64,000 nucleotides of DNA, taken from positions 96,001 through 160,000 of IMG/VR virus record IMGVR_UViG_3300050821_003907, one strand, 5' to 3'. The position numbers were made by a program, and so were the translations under genes. Origin of the DNA: a virus. Under the pieces are notes generated by a model. That model was not told the origin of the DNA. It was given only the letters and a program-made list of their open reading frames with translations, and ran no database searches. This document shows, piece by piece, positions 42,928 to 52,871 of this stretch; positions within the stretch are counted from its first letter, which is position 1; the number at the start of each line of letters is the position of its first letter.

Positions 42928-43689
42928 TTAAACCCCTTTGTACGATTCGTACGCACTATTCAGTTCTTCGCGGGAATCAAAGAGCGGGATGTCAATCCCG
43001 GCTTGCGTAAGACCGTGAGCAGCAAGAACTCGCAGGCTAATACCTGTTAGTTTCTCAATTTCTGCCCTGATTTTTTCTTGCTGGTTCGTGCCGCCTATAC
43101 GAGGCAGTACAAGAGGATTATCATCTACGAGAATGAGATTCTTGATGATTGCTTTCTCGCAGCGAAATCCCTTTTCGCCGATAATGGTGCGGCCGAATCC
43201 TTGGATGATGCCCTCTACCGGAATTTCAACTGCCAGAATAGGGCACCTGTACCAAGCAGCATTAAGGGCTCGCACCCACTCTTCGTCACTGTAATTAGCT
43301 TTACCTGTCTCAAGACTGAGATATTCGTCACTGAGCTGGCGATGCGGGTAAATATACCAGGCTACGGAGGGTGATTCCCAGTAAGCCCAGAAACCGCACC
43401 CGCACTTTTCATCAGGGATTATCACGTCACCGTTTTCGTGCAGTACGGGAATACTTCTGGCAAGTCCGGCGGCGTTAAGAAAGTCCGAGTTGCGACTGTA
43501 CTTGCACTCAGCTTGCTGGGTTCCGGAAGTCCAATTACCTCCCCAGTTACCTGTTAGCTTGAAGGTGCTTTGGTCCAGCTCGGGACTGGGATTACTCATT
43601 TCAAGTGTCCAGGAGCGGTAACCGTAAACGCTTCCCGCTGCGAAGTCCCACTCGCCATTCTCACTAAACCCGTTCATTCCGGTTGTCAC
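42928..43689 (-). CDS. GYRxW/CGCGxWA/IGEKGFR family protein, copy 3
   Basis: GYRSW, CGCGFWAYW, TIIGEKGFRCEKA. Confidence 0.75.
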   Translation of the reverse strand: MTTGMNGFSENGEWDFAAGSVYGYRSWTLEMSNPSPELDQSTFKLTGNWGGNWTSGTQQAECKYSRNSDFLNAAGLARSIPVLHENGDVIIPDEKCGCGFWAYWESPSVAWYIYPHRQLSDEYLSLETGKANYSDEEWVRALNAAWYRCPILAVEIPVEGIIQGFGRTIIGEKGFRCEKAIIKNLILVDDNPLVLPRIGGTNQQEKIRAEIEKLTGISLRVLAAHGLTQAGIDIPLFDSREELNSAYESYKGV

Positions 43690-43885
43690 GGCAGTACCCG
43701 CTCTCCGTCTTGTCGCAGCTCGAACTGACCACCCGGATACCGGAGGGTATAGGCACCTCCCTTAGCCGTGAAGTCGATTGCGTCGATTGGCTGCCAGGTC
43801 TCCAGGAGGTCCAGCATTTCGTATACCACGTCTTCCGGAACTTGCAGAAGCGCTTTCAGGTACTCGTACATTGCAGCGTATTCCA

Positions 43886-44164
43886 CTAGTCACCACCTGC
43901 CTTACGGTGTGCTTTCAGTTGCTCCAGCAGTTCCTTGCGCCAGGCGAACAAGATGACTTCACAGTCTTCCAGCGCGTACAACTTGTCGTAGTAATCGTCT
44001 ATAGCCGCAGAACGAGCCAGGTAGTGTTGAATGAGCTTGCCTATTAGCAGGCGCGTAGCCTCATCGTCCAGTCCTCGGGCCAAGTTAAGCAACGAGGTAG
44101 TCACGATGTCTGCATCGTCCACGGTCTGGAAAGTCTCACGCATTGGCCGGTAGCGCTCATTCAT
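43886..44164 (-). CDS. hypothetical protein
   Basis: Coupled ORF. Confidence 0.5.
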   Translation of the reverse strand: MNERYRPMRETFQTVDDADIVTTSLLNLARGLDDEATRLLIGKLIQHYLARSAAIDDYYDKLYALEDCEVILFAWRKELLEQLKAHRKAGGD

Positions 44165-44370
44165 TTACAGGACTTCCTCCAGCATGATGCCCGTAACTCG
44201 GTAGCGCTTGGCATTGCCGTAACTGTCCAGCACCTGGCGAACTCCACCTTCAAGGCGCTCGTAGACTGTCCACTCGCCGTTAGGGCCTGCGAGCCACATG
44301 AAGCCGTCTTCCTCACGACTGTCACCGGGCTTGAAAGCGCCACCGGAAAGGACTGCGTTCTTGGGGGGTG

Positions 44371-44592
44371 TCATTTCTGCTCCTGTATGTACTCGATGTG
44401 GGAACGCCTTAGGTAACGAGTGCAGCCATCTCGGATGACGAACTCATTACCGTAGTCAGCACGCTCAAGGATACCCTCATAAACAAGGGCAACACGAACG
44501 CGCTTACCTTCGTAGTGCTTCAGTTCTTCGAGTGGGATGGCAGACAGGTCGTTGCACGGGCCACCCCGCTCTCGAATCCAGAATTGAGTCAC
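44371..44592 (-). CDS. hypothetical protein
   Basis: AGGAGG RBS before GTG. Confidence 0.5.
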   Translation of the reverse strand: MTQFWIRERGGPCNDLSAIPLEELKHYEGKRVRVALVYEGILERADYGNEFVIRDGCTRYLRRSHIEYIQEQK

Positions 44593-44696
44593 TACACCTC
44601 CTTGCTCTTGTTCTTACTGCACTCGGCGGATAGCCAGTGAGCTTCAAGGAACATAGTGCTAATTCCACAGAAGCAGCAAATTCTCGTGGACAGCAT

Positions 44697-45527
44697 TTAG
44701 GCGACACTCTTCCGGCGAGACTTAGGCTTGCTCTCGTTCTTGGCATCGATGGTCTGCTGGATTGCAGTCATCATGTCGGTGAACGCAGCAACGCCCTGGT
44801 CCGGAACCGCCGCATCAGCAGTAACATGCGTGGGACCGTCCTGAATCTTGGCCATGACCAGCTTCTCAAGGCGCTCAGCACTTTCGTCCTTGTGCTGCGA
44901 GAAATCAAACTCGTCATCAGACAGAGTCTCGATAAGCTGGTCAGCCAGCGAGTTTTCCTTGTCCGAGAACGTAGCGCTGGGGGCCTCAAAATCTGGCCGC
45001 GTCACGTCATTGCCCCAATGGAGCTGGGACAGAACCAGGTAGCCCTCCGCGTCCGGCGACAGGATGGCCAGGTGAACGCTGTCGCGCATCGCGAAGCGAA
45101 GCACCCCGACCTTTCCAGCGCGCTTCAGCGCGGCGTGCAGCAGGGCGTAGCCCTTGTCACCGCCATCACCGGGCTTGACGTGATAGGACTTGTCGATAGC
45201 CTGAGCGGGAATGTCAGACGCCTTGGCGAACGTTACTATTTCCCCGCAGTGCCGCTCATCCCCCTTGATTTCCTCTAGTTCCGAGTCCGTGAGCAGGACG
45301 TTGCCACCGGGAATCTCGAAGCCACGCCCGATGTCCTCCCAGCGAACCTCGTTAAGGTCGCCCTTCTCCCGGTCAGCCTTGGCAACACGCACGTACTCGA
45401 TACGAGAGCCGTCAGACTTCCGCAGCATGTGCAGGCCGCCGTTCTTGTTGCTCGGGACTACAGAGCCAAGCCGGACGGGCAGGGAGAAGGGACCGAAGGA
45501 AAAAACACCCTTGAATGCGGTATGCAT
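44697..45527 (-). CDS. ku: Ku DNA end-binding protein (NHEJ)
   Basis: FKGVFSFG..SLPVRL, LHM..DGSRI.Y, WEDI.RGFE, DKSY...P.GG.KGYALL..AL....KVGV.RFAMR, L.L.QLHW..DV. Confidence 0.92.
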   Translation of the reverse strand: MHTAFKGVFSFGPFSLPVRLGSVVPSNKNGGLHMLRKSDGSRIEYVRVAKADREKGDLNEVRWEDIGRGFEIPGGNVLLTDSELEEIKGDERHCGEIVTFAKASDIPAQAIDKSYHVKPGDGGDKGYALLHAALKRAGKVGVLRFAMRDSVHLAILSPDAEGYLVLSQLHWGNDVTRPDFEAPSATFSDKENSLADQLIETLSDDEFDFSQHKDESAERLEKLVMAKIQDGPTHVTADAAVPDQGVAAFTDMMTAIQQTIDAKNESKPKSRRKSVA

Positions 45528-45549
45528 TTAAGCTCCTTTATCTGATTAC

Positions 45550-47553
45550 TTAGTTAGCCAGTCGCATGCCGAGCGTTCGCAGCTCGCTAATCGGGTAACG
45601 GTACTCGTAACGGCCGGGGCTTCGCCTGTCGTTCTCAGCGTAGAAACTGACCATGGGGTTACGAGCCGTGCCATTCCAGTCAACGTTAGTGACGTGGTAG
45701 CGCATGGAACCGTTGAACTGGATGATGTTCCCGATTACGGGAATCCAGGTGTTGTTAACAACGCGCTGGTGAATCACCAGCCCCGCAGCTCCCAGCTCCG
45801 GAACTGTGCGCTCGAACTGGTAGCCCGTCCCATTCTGGACACGGAATCGCACTTCCCTGTCCCTGCCGTAAGTGCTCTCACTCGTGCCTGTCACCTCGAA
45901 AACCGTGTCGGAGTTAAGCAGGTTATCGATAACCTGCATTGCACGCGTGCACCGGAAAGTGTCTCCTGCCTCAAGAGGCGCGTCTGCGGACACCTCAGGC
46001 GCGGGCGGCGGGGCAACGTCTTCCCGGTCAGTCGGTCGCATGCCGATGCTTCGCAGTCGCGCAACACGGCGCGTCCACGAGCTGTCAGGCGCGGCAGCCG
46101 ACGTAAGGCGGATGTTGGGGTTGGGCCGTCCATCGCCATCGAACACGGTAGTCTCTGGCGTGACGTGGTTCACCGTGAACACGGTGATGTCGGTCGGGTC
46201 GTTACCGGTGATGCCGTTAGGCAACTCGATAACGTCACCCTCACGCGGGGTGTAGAACTGCGGAAGCATTTGCAGTTCCTCATCAGTCGCCTTGGCAAGG
46301 CCGTTAAGGCGCATCCACCCTAGGCTACGCTCGTAAGACATTCCACCCTGCTCGGAGAACAGGACACTAGCGTGCTCAAGGCTACTCGGCGTGCCAGAGC
46401 TGGGAACAACCTGCACGATGCGGCACGGAAGCGACGAGATGCTTTGCACCATCACGTAGTCCTCCACAGCAGGCACATATTCAGTGCTAGCGGCAACAGC
46501 TTCCGCGAATGCAAGCTCACGCTCTTCCCGCTGCGCTTCAGAGCGCTCGTTCATGATTCGGGTAGTCTCAGCCGCCAGGTTACGCGACTGCCGGACCATG
46601 TTCGTGAAGATAGCGGGAGCAGGGTTGATTGAACGCGCAGCGCGAGACAGGTTCTCTCGCACGCCCCGGACAATGTACTTGCAGTCTTCAATAGTAGTCG
46701 TGGTGATTTCCTCTTCCCGCAGGTAGCCAGCGGCCTCCCGGAGGGAGTTAAGCGCCCGGTCCATCTGGGTGATTGCAGAGTCAACCTGCTGACGCACTTC
46801 GCGCTTACGGTCGTCAAGGTCAATCTTAAGTCGCTCGACAAGGGTTGGCTGAACGGCAAGACGGGGCATCTCATTTCCTTCCGGGTAGTAGTTGACATCC
46901 CACGACAGGTTAAGTCGGGTACTAGGCGTAATTGCTGTTGTGTTGCTACTGTACGCGTTTATGTAGGGAGCGCAGTCAACGCGACCGATTGGGGCTGGAA
47001 CGTGGTCGTCACCGGAATGGTCCCGGTAAACCGTACCCCCGCTATTGCGGAGACGGCCACCCCGAAACATAGGACGAGGCTGAATGTACGAATAGCGGTT
47101 AGGGTCTGGAGGGGGAGGATAGTCGTTGTTTCCAGTAACGTCGTTACTGGAAACGCGCCATTCAGGGTTGCAGTTACTAAAACTCCACGAATTGGCACTC
47201 CCTATTGGCTCAGACTGGTTACGACCTGTAGTAGGAAGCCCTAGCCTTTCCCGTACTTCGTCAATGCTGTGCAGGCTAGGGCTATCCGGGATACTGATAT
47301 TGAGCAGGCGGTCCCGCAGTTCAATCTGCTCCGGAGTTAGCGGCAGCACATCAGTAGGGGAAAGTGGCGGGTATTCCCCTTGCGGGATAAAGTCATTGAA
47401 GTTCCACTCCTGCGGAGACGGTCCAGGCTCAACGGGTTCAATGAGCTCGTCAGCGTTAAGACGCTCTCGCAGGTTATTCAGTGCTTCAAGCGTCTCCTGG
47501 TAGCGCTCATCGTTTTCATCGAAAAGGAACTCTCTGCTAGAGTTATTCGGCAT
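45550..47553 (-). CDS. 667-aa protein with coiled coil and four C-terminal SH3/KOW-like repeats
   Basis: Repeats begin P..GD/GN.(I/V) and end L..(L/I)G(M/L)R. Confidence 0.7.
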   Translation of the reverse strand: MPNNSSREFLFDENDERYQETLEALNNLRERLNADELIEPVEPGPSPQEWNFNDFIPQGEYPPLSPTDVLPLTPEQIELRDRLLNISIPDSPSLHSIDEVRERLGLPTTGRNQSEPIGSANSWSFSNCNPEWRVSSNDVTGNNDYPPPPDPNRYSYIQPRPMFRGGRLRNSGGTVYRDHSGDDHVPAPIGRVDCAPYINAYSSNTTAITPSTRLNLSWDVNYYPEGNEMPRLAVQPTLVERLKIDLDDRKREVRQQVDSAITQMDRALNSLREAAGYLREEEITTTTIEDCKYIVRGVRENLSRAARSINPAPAIFTNMVRQSRNLAAETTRIMNERSEAQREERELAFAEAVAASTEYVPAVEDYVMVQSISSLPCRIVQVVPSSGTPSSLEHASVLFSEQGGMSYERSLGWMRLNGLAKATDEELQMLPQFYTPREGDVIELPNGITGNDPTDITVFTVNHVTPETTVFDGDGRPNPNIRLTSAAAPDSSWTRRVARLRSIGMRPTDREDVAPPPAPEVSADAPLEAGDTFRCTRAMQVIDNLLNSDTVFEVTGTSESTYGRDREVRFRVQNGTGYQFERTVPELGAAGLVIHQRVVNNTWIPVIGNIIQFNGSMRYHVTNVDWNGTARNPMVSFYAENDRRSPGRYEYRYPISELRTLGMRLAN

Positions 47554-47715
47554 CGCTCACCTCCAGGTCAAATTTCTCGTCGCGACCGCACGTGACGCAC
47601 GCGCCAATCAAGTACTCCTTGAATCCCGCACTGCCCGCATTACGAACGTCCTTGCCCATTGACGCCCATGCGTGGCGCCTTTCCTTCTTGGGCAGGTCAC
47701 TACGGTTACCGCAGG

Positions 47716-48171
47716 TTACGGGTGCCGGTTGCGAAAGCGGGAAGTGATTGAGGTCCACCATGATGAACGAGGCTTTTCGCTTGCTGATGGCACTTCTCCT
47801 TCCGGCTCAGGTTCTGGTTGCGGCTCGGGGTCTGGATACTCGCGATGACTAGCGATAATTTCCACGGCTCCGTCATAACGGTTCTTGCCGACAAGAAATA
47901 CAGGTGCCTCTACAGGAATGCCCAGCAGGTTCAAGAACTCTGCCTTGCTGAATTCCCATGTCTCGTGGGAATTAGCTTGTATCTCCCGGCCCCAGGCATC
48001 CTTGGTCTTATTGGTCTTCACGTTGACGTGAACGATGAACTTCTGCGCGCAAGACTGCCAGGTCACGTCAAAGAAAGGCGTTCCAGCAGGCATGCCCAGT
48101 CGCTTGACAAAATCCTGATTGGAGAACGTCCACTTATCATGCGCCCACTTATTGACCTTGTGCTCAGGCAC
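47716..48171 (-). CDS. hypothetical protein with internal duplication
   Basis: WTFSNQDFVKRLGMP versus WEFSKAEFLNLLGIP. Confidence 0.6.
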   Translation of the reverse strand: MPEHKVNKWAHDKWTFSNQDFVKRLGMPAGTPFFDVTWQSCAQKFIVHVNVKTNKTKDAWGREIQANSHETWEFSKAEFLNLLGIPVEAPVFLVGKNRYDGAVEIIASHREYPDPEPQPEPEPEGEVPSASEKPRSSWWTSITSRFRNRHP

Positions 48172-48385
48172 TGCTATTCCTGTTCACGAATTCTTCGACC
48201 TTACCAACTAGCGCGAAGTCCTCGATATTGAACAGGTCAGGTCCCATCGTCCCTGGCGGTCCCATCACATTCACGAGTAGCTGTCCGAGCCGCATTGCAG
48301 GCTGCTTTTTCCACGCCAGTTCCAGCCTGCGCATTGCTCGCTCTTTGTCACGTTCTGTTGCGGCACGCTGGTATATGTACGGCAT
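48164..48385 (-). CDS. conserved phage protein
   Basis: GGAGG RBS; LELAW..P.MRLGQLL. Confidence 0.6.
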   Translation of the reverse strand: MPYIYQRAATERDKERAMRRLELAWKKQPAMRLGQLLVNVMGPPGTMGPDLFNIEDFALVGKVEEFVNRNSSA

Positions 48386-48781
48386 TTAATCCTCCATGCG
48401 AAGAAGGTGAGCAAGGAAACCTCGCTGGGTTCCAGAGAACTCACTGTTCTCGTCTGCCTGTTGCAGTGCGGCGTCCAGCTCTTCGTCATTCATCAGATGC
48501 CCTCGCGGCTCTCGTCCCAGCCGATGTCACTGTTAAGCAGGTTCACCACAGCCTTGGCGCGTGACTCATCCTCCAGGCGGATTACGAGCCGCTTGTCACC
48601 CTCCGGGGTGATGCCAACGACATCGTGAGAATCCGTCAGGGTACTGTAAGTGCACTCGTAGTGGGTGTAACCGTGCTCGCGTCCTAGTTCGCTCAAAGCA
48701 GCTAGTTCCTTAAGTTTGCCCATCACTGACCCCATCTGTAGTCCTCGTCCCTCATCCTTGTCAACAAGTGCCCCGCCCCGG

Positions 48782-49027
48782 TTATTCCCGCACCCAGTCT
48801 CGCGTGAACGCATCCAGCGGCTTCGGGACCGCGCAAGGGTCACTGAGTACCTGGTGGTACCAGGCGGCGAGAGCTTTGAGCAGGAAATTACTCTTGGCGT
48901 TGTAATCCAGCTTGCGGTACCAGTCTTCGTCTTTAACTATGCTGTCGATACGGTTTTTGAAGTAATAGATAGAGTCTTCTGAAAATGATTCCAGTTGCTC
49001 TTCTATGAAGGTGCTCATCGCGCCCAT
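48782..49027 (-). CDS. hypothetical protein
   Basis: Weakly similar to 49015-49272. Confidence 0.5.
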   Translation of the reverse strand: MGAMSTFIEEQLESFSEDSIYYFKNRIDSIVKDEDWYRKLDYNAKSNFLLKALAAWYHQVLSDPCAVPKPLDAFTRDWVRE

Positions 49028-49272
49028 TCCTCTACGAAATGCCGGATGTGAATCCGTGGTACCTGACCTTCAGTCTTTTGCCTGTCCATGTCTTCGAACA
49101 TGGCTTGCAGGGCCTTGTCCACTGCACGAAACTTAGCTTCGGGGTCCATGAGCACAAACCATTCGTGCTTCTCAAGCACGGATTCGACTTTCGTTAGCAA
49201 GTGCCGGTTGAACGCCGTCTTCTCCATTACCCCATTCGATTCCGAAAGAAAGATTGTCCTTGTCAAACACAA
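49015..49272 (-). CDS. hypothetical protein
   Basis: Weakly similar to 48782-49027. Confidence 0.5.
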   Translation of the reverse strand: MCLTRTIFLSESNGVMEKTAFNRHLLTKVESVLEKHEWFVLMDPEAKFRAVDKALQAMFEDMDRQKTEGQVPRIHIRHFVEEWAR

Positions 49273-49396
49273 TTTCTGTGTCCTTAAGAACAGCGATGCC
49301 TGTCATCATTGCCTGACCGACTGCGATTACCGCAACGTCCCGGTTGAACTTCCGGGTTAGCAGGGTTACCGCGTAATCAAAGTTTCCGACGTGCAT

Positions 49397-49624
49397 TTAC
49401 CACTCCGGGTCTGGTGCGTTTTCACTCCACTGCTTACCGTCTGTGCCTTTCTTCAGCTCCTTGAGCAGCAGGCTTCCTAGTGCCGAGGCAACCTCGGTCT
49501 CCACGTCGTAAATCATGGAGCCGTCGTAAGCACGGTAAGCGAATTCCGTGCCGTTAATAGTCAGGTTGTAGCCGCTATAGCCGTCGCCAGAAATACCAAG
49601 GATGATACTGAACGTGCGTGCCAC
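49397..49624 (-). CDS. hypothetical protein
   Basis: Coupled ORF. Confidence 0.5.
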   Translation of the reverse strand: MARTFSIILGISGDGYSGYNLTINGTEFAYRAYDGSMIYDVETEVASALGSLLLKELKKGTDGKQWSENAPDPEW

Positions 49625-49876
49625 TATTCTCCCTCGTACTCACTATTAGGGGAAACGTTTACCTGGAAAACGCTCTCGTCAAATTCACGACCGAAACTAT
49701 TCGGGTTCGAAGGAAAGCCAACCAGCACTCTCCCTGGCAAGTCGGGTGTAGCCATGCGAGTCGCTATCTTAAAAAGCCAAGCGAGTCCTTGAAGGTCCAG
49801 CAGAATATCGCCTGGTTGGATAACAGCGCCAGTCACGTCACGAGCTATAAGGCGAGGTGTGTACGCCATTACTCTC

Positions 49877-50098
49877 CTAACCTAGTTCTACAGTAACCTT
49901 AAGCACCCGGTATTCCTGGTCAGTAATGAACTCATTCCACTGCCAGGTTTTCTTGAATGCCTCGTCGCGCTTGTCTTCGGGGAAACGCGCATAGCCAATA
50001 GGTCGCCATGCTTGCCCGTACTCTTTAGCGCGACACTGAATGACGTAGAAGACTTCCCCCGGCTCTCCGGAGATGCAGTACTCAGGAGTTGCCATCAT
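49877..50098 (-). CDS. hypothetical protein
   Basis: GAGGGG RBS. Confidence 0.5.
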   Translation of the reverse strand: MMATPEYCISGEPGEVFYVIQCRAKEYGQAWRPIGYARFPEDKRDEAFKKTWQWNEFITDQEYRVLKVTVELG

Positions 50099-50585
50099 TT
50101 CCCCTCTAGCGAACTACCTCTAGGCAGCAATCAGGAACGCATGTCTCCTGGTCGTGGAATATAATCCACCAGCTTGCGCCTGAACCGCTTGTCCTAATGA
50201 GCTCATAAACGTGGTCAGTAGTTGTTTCCCAGTAGCGAGCGTACATCTCACGAAACCTGACCTTCGTCCGCAGGTAATCCTCCATTGTCCCTCTTAGCGT
50301 AGTCGCGCTCTATACTGCCAATGCAATCGTAAAAGCGCTTGTACAAAGGCTCAAGTCCCGGATTAAGGCGTGACCACCTGTTTAGCTGGTTGATGCAGTC
50401 ACGCAGTTCATGGAGGGGAGTCAGCTCGCCTTTGAGCTGTTCCCCGTGACCATATGACATCTACTTGCTTTTCTTCTTGTTGTAGCGCTTGTAAGCGAAC
50501 TTAAGGGCAAGGAACGCCAAGCGCAGTGCCAGGATTCGCATTTCCTTCAGGTCCTCATCTTCGTCTTTACGAGCCAGGAACATGA

Positions 50586-50864
50586 TTAGTGGTCGCTTCC
50601 CTGAAGCTTGTTCTCGTTGGCCAGTGACGGGTGCTGGTGCGGCTCGAAGCCGAACGCGCGACCGTGATGCCCGCAAAGGCTCAGTGAGCCACCCTCCGGG
50701 AGCTTGTCCGTGGGAGGCAGGCAGACCTCAATGAGAGCCACAACAGCAGGACCGCAGCCGTCGCAAGTGTGGTCGGTAACCGTGTCAAGCATGGTGAAAA
50801 CCGGTTGGGTGGTGACTTCCGGCTTCTCGGCGGGCAGGTCAAGAGTGGTAACTTCAGTCATCAT
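50586..50864 (-). CDS. small zinc-binding protein
   Basis: CDGCG...L.LCGHHG; AGGAGA RBS. Confidence 0.6.
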   Translation of the reverse strand: MMTEVTTLDLPAEKPEVTTQPVFTMLDTVTDHTCDGCGPAVVALIEVCLPPTDKLPEGGSLSLCGHHGRAFGFEPHQHPSLANENKLQGSDH

Positions 50865-51097
50865 GGTCTCCTGTCTGGGTACTGCTGTTGTCGCTAGTTT
50901 ACCGCGTGTTACGTGTACAGAACGCTCTTAAGGCCGTTTTCCAGCTTGAGCAGGGTGTCCTTAGTGCCATCGGCCACCAGGGCGGCAATCAGAGGAACTA
51001 CTGTGCGATTTCGGTGCAGGGCAGTCTTGAGCCGGAAAGCCTCCTCTTCAGTGAGGACGATTGTGATTGTCTTCTGTGTCTTTGCGCCGATTTCCAT

Positions 51098-51364
51098 TTA
51101 TCCTCCTAGTTGGTGAGCGCCCTCTTCAATGAGAGCCATTACCATTGTCGAAGCATTCGTTTCCCGGTACTCACCTAGTAGCCATCGCTTGAGCATTCCC
51201 TCGCTCGTACGCTCAGGGTCATACGGTGCCAGGTCGTAAAAGCGAATAATGAAAATAGCCAGCACTTCTGCTGTGCTCTCAGCCTCTGGCCCCTTGCATG
51301 AATTCACCTGCTCTTGCGCAACCTGAAAAGAATCTACCAGATAACGGTTACGGTGGAACGTCAC
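51098..51364 (-). CDS. hypothetical protein
   Basis: Coupled ORF. Confidence 0.5.
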   Translation of the reverse strand: MTFHRNRYLVDSFQVAQEQVNSCKGPEAESTAEVLAIFIIRFYDLAPYDPERTSEGMLKRWLLGEYRETNASTMVMALIEEGAHQLGG

Positions 51365-51822
51365 AGCGTGTCCCCTTCACCCAGAAGTGCCGTCAGGCCC
51401 TCGTCAAGGTTCAGGTACTCCAGTTCCTCGCCAGCGGGCACTAGCTTGTAGATGTCGTTGATGAAAGCGTCAACTAGCTTCTCGTTCATGACGAACTGGG
51501 CAACGCCGTAAGGCGAAGTTAGCGTCATGGAAATGAGCTTTCCTGCACCAGTCAGCGAGAACAGTGCGCTCTTGTCCTGAATCAGGCCAGCCGGTGATAT
51601 CTTAACGTCCCCATCACCACTGGGCTTAGTCAGGCCGTCCCTGAGCAGGTCACGCGAGAACGTCCACACGACAGGGCCATCCATACCGGTGTTGAAAGTG
51701 ACTTCCACGGCATGGGGGTCGGCAGTGGTGTAAACGAAATGCGCGCTGAGGACAACAGCAGCCTCATTCATGAGGAGGCGAACAGGAACATCCTTGCGCA
51801 CGACCACAGGACTACTCATCAT
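51361..51822 (-). CDS. ssgA: SsgA-like sporulation/cell-division protein (SALP)
   Basis: YTTADPHAV...F..G...V.W.FSRDLL.DGL..PSG.GDV.I.P...L.SP.G.A....F....VP.GEE...LNLD. Confidence 0.9.
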   Translation of the reverse strand: MMSSPVVVRKDVPVRLLMNEAAVVLSAHFVYTTADPHAVEVTFNTGMDGPVVWTFSRDLLRDGLTKPSGDGDVKISPAGLIQDKSALFSLTGAGKLISMTLTSPYGVAQFVMNEKLVDAFINDIYKLVPAGEELEYLNLDEGLTALLGEGDTL

Positions 51823-52150
51823 AAGTTTCCTCTTCTCCTAGTTCCGGCGAGCTACCCGACAGTGAAAGGATAAGCTTCCGGAATTCCCAGGGGGTGATTC
51901 CTGCCTCTTGCAGGCAAGCCTCGGGGACTACCGCGTTCACCAGCTCAGCAAAGCCAAGCCATGTCATCGCGAACAACCCGCCCTCTGAGAAGTCCAGGTG
52001 AACGCGAGTAGCGGTTGTTCCCACGGCAAGCTCAACATTCGGGCAGCGTGAAGTAGCGCGGTTGTTCTTCCTGCTTAGCTTTCGTGTTCCCTTAATTATT
52101 ACCATCGCGTCTTCCGCTCTCACGACTCTCTGCAACCAGGATTGACGCAC
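51812..52150 (-). CDS. hypothetical protein
   Basis: Overlaps ssgA-like start. Confidence 0.45.
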   Translation of the reverse strand: MRQSWLQRVVRAEDAMVIIKGTRKLSRKNNRATSRCPNVELAVGTTATRVHLDFSEGGLFAMTWLGFAELVNAVVPEACLQEAGITPWEFRKLILSLSGSSPELGEEETYDE

Positions 52151-52255
52151 GAATGCGCGCTATGCGCTCGAAGTCACTACGCTCATTAGCGGACATCTTG
52201 GCCATGCGCTCTTCCAGCGTTCCGAGCTTGGCGTTAAGGTACTCGCGTAGTGTCA

Positions 52256-52690
52256 TTACCTAACCTCATTATCACAGTCGTACCAGGGTGGGTCAGGTTG
52301 CAGCAAGCGAAGGTTTGCGTTTACCTTGGCCAGTTCCAGTTCAGCATTCTTGATGTCGTCGTTAAGCTTGTCCAGCCTTTCATTCTTGCGAGCAGCCTTG
52401 CGCTCAGCGCGCGGCATTGGCTTGGTGTTGAACCAGCGTCCTAGTCCGGTGCCGATAATGGTGTTCTTGATGCCAAGAACCGCGAGTGTAGGAGGTGCGC
52501 ATATCGGCCACGTAAGCGCGAAAAGCGCAACGGGAATCCATGCCTCCTCAAGGTCAGCTAGGTCCTCCATGCAGTAATCGCCGTTAATAAACCACCAGCC
52601 GACACGCTTAACTGAAACACCAGCACCGACGATGTACGCGACAACAGAGAATACCCACCAGAAGATTGTAAGCGTCACACCCTGCTCCAT
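52256..52690 (-). CDS. membrane protein with coiled-coil tail
   Basis: Two TMs, WP motif, coiled coil. Confidence 0.6.
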   Translation of the reverse strand: MEQGVTLTIFWWVFSVVAYIVGAGVSVKRVGWWFINGDYCMEDLADLEEAWIPVALFALTWPICAPPTLAVLGIKNTIIGTGLGRWFNTKPMPRAERKAARKNERLDKLNDDIKNAELELAKVNANLRLLQPDPPWYDCDNEVR

Positions 52691-52871
52691 TCTTGAATAG
52701 GCTCAATGGTCACCAGGAACTTGCCGCCATCAACGGTCTGGAGAATGAGCTTGTGACTGTTGCCCGTAACGAAATTTTGTCCCGGATGCGCATCGCGAAT
52801 GCGAGAGAACCTATGGTCAGACGACAGGGCGTGCTTGATGTTATTACTTATGTTCTTAACGCTCCATGCAG

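Noticed and set aside
44637-45278. 213-aa plus-strand ORF
   Set aside because: Antisense shadow of Ku
45694-46323. 209-aa plus-strand ORF
   Set aside because: Antisense shadow of the 667-aa gene
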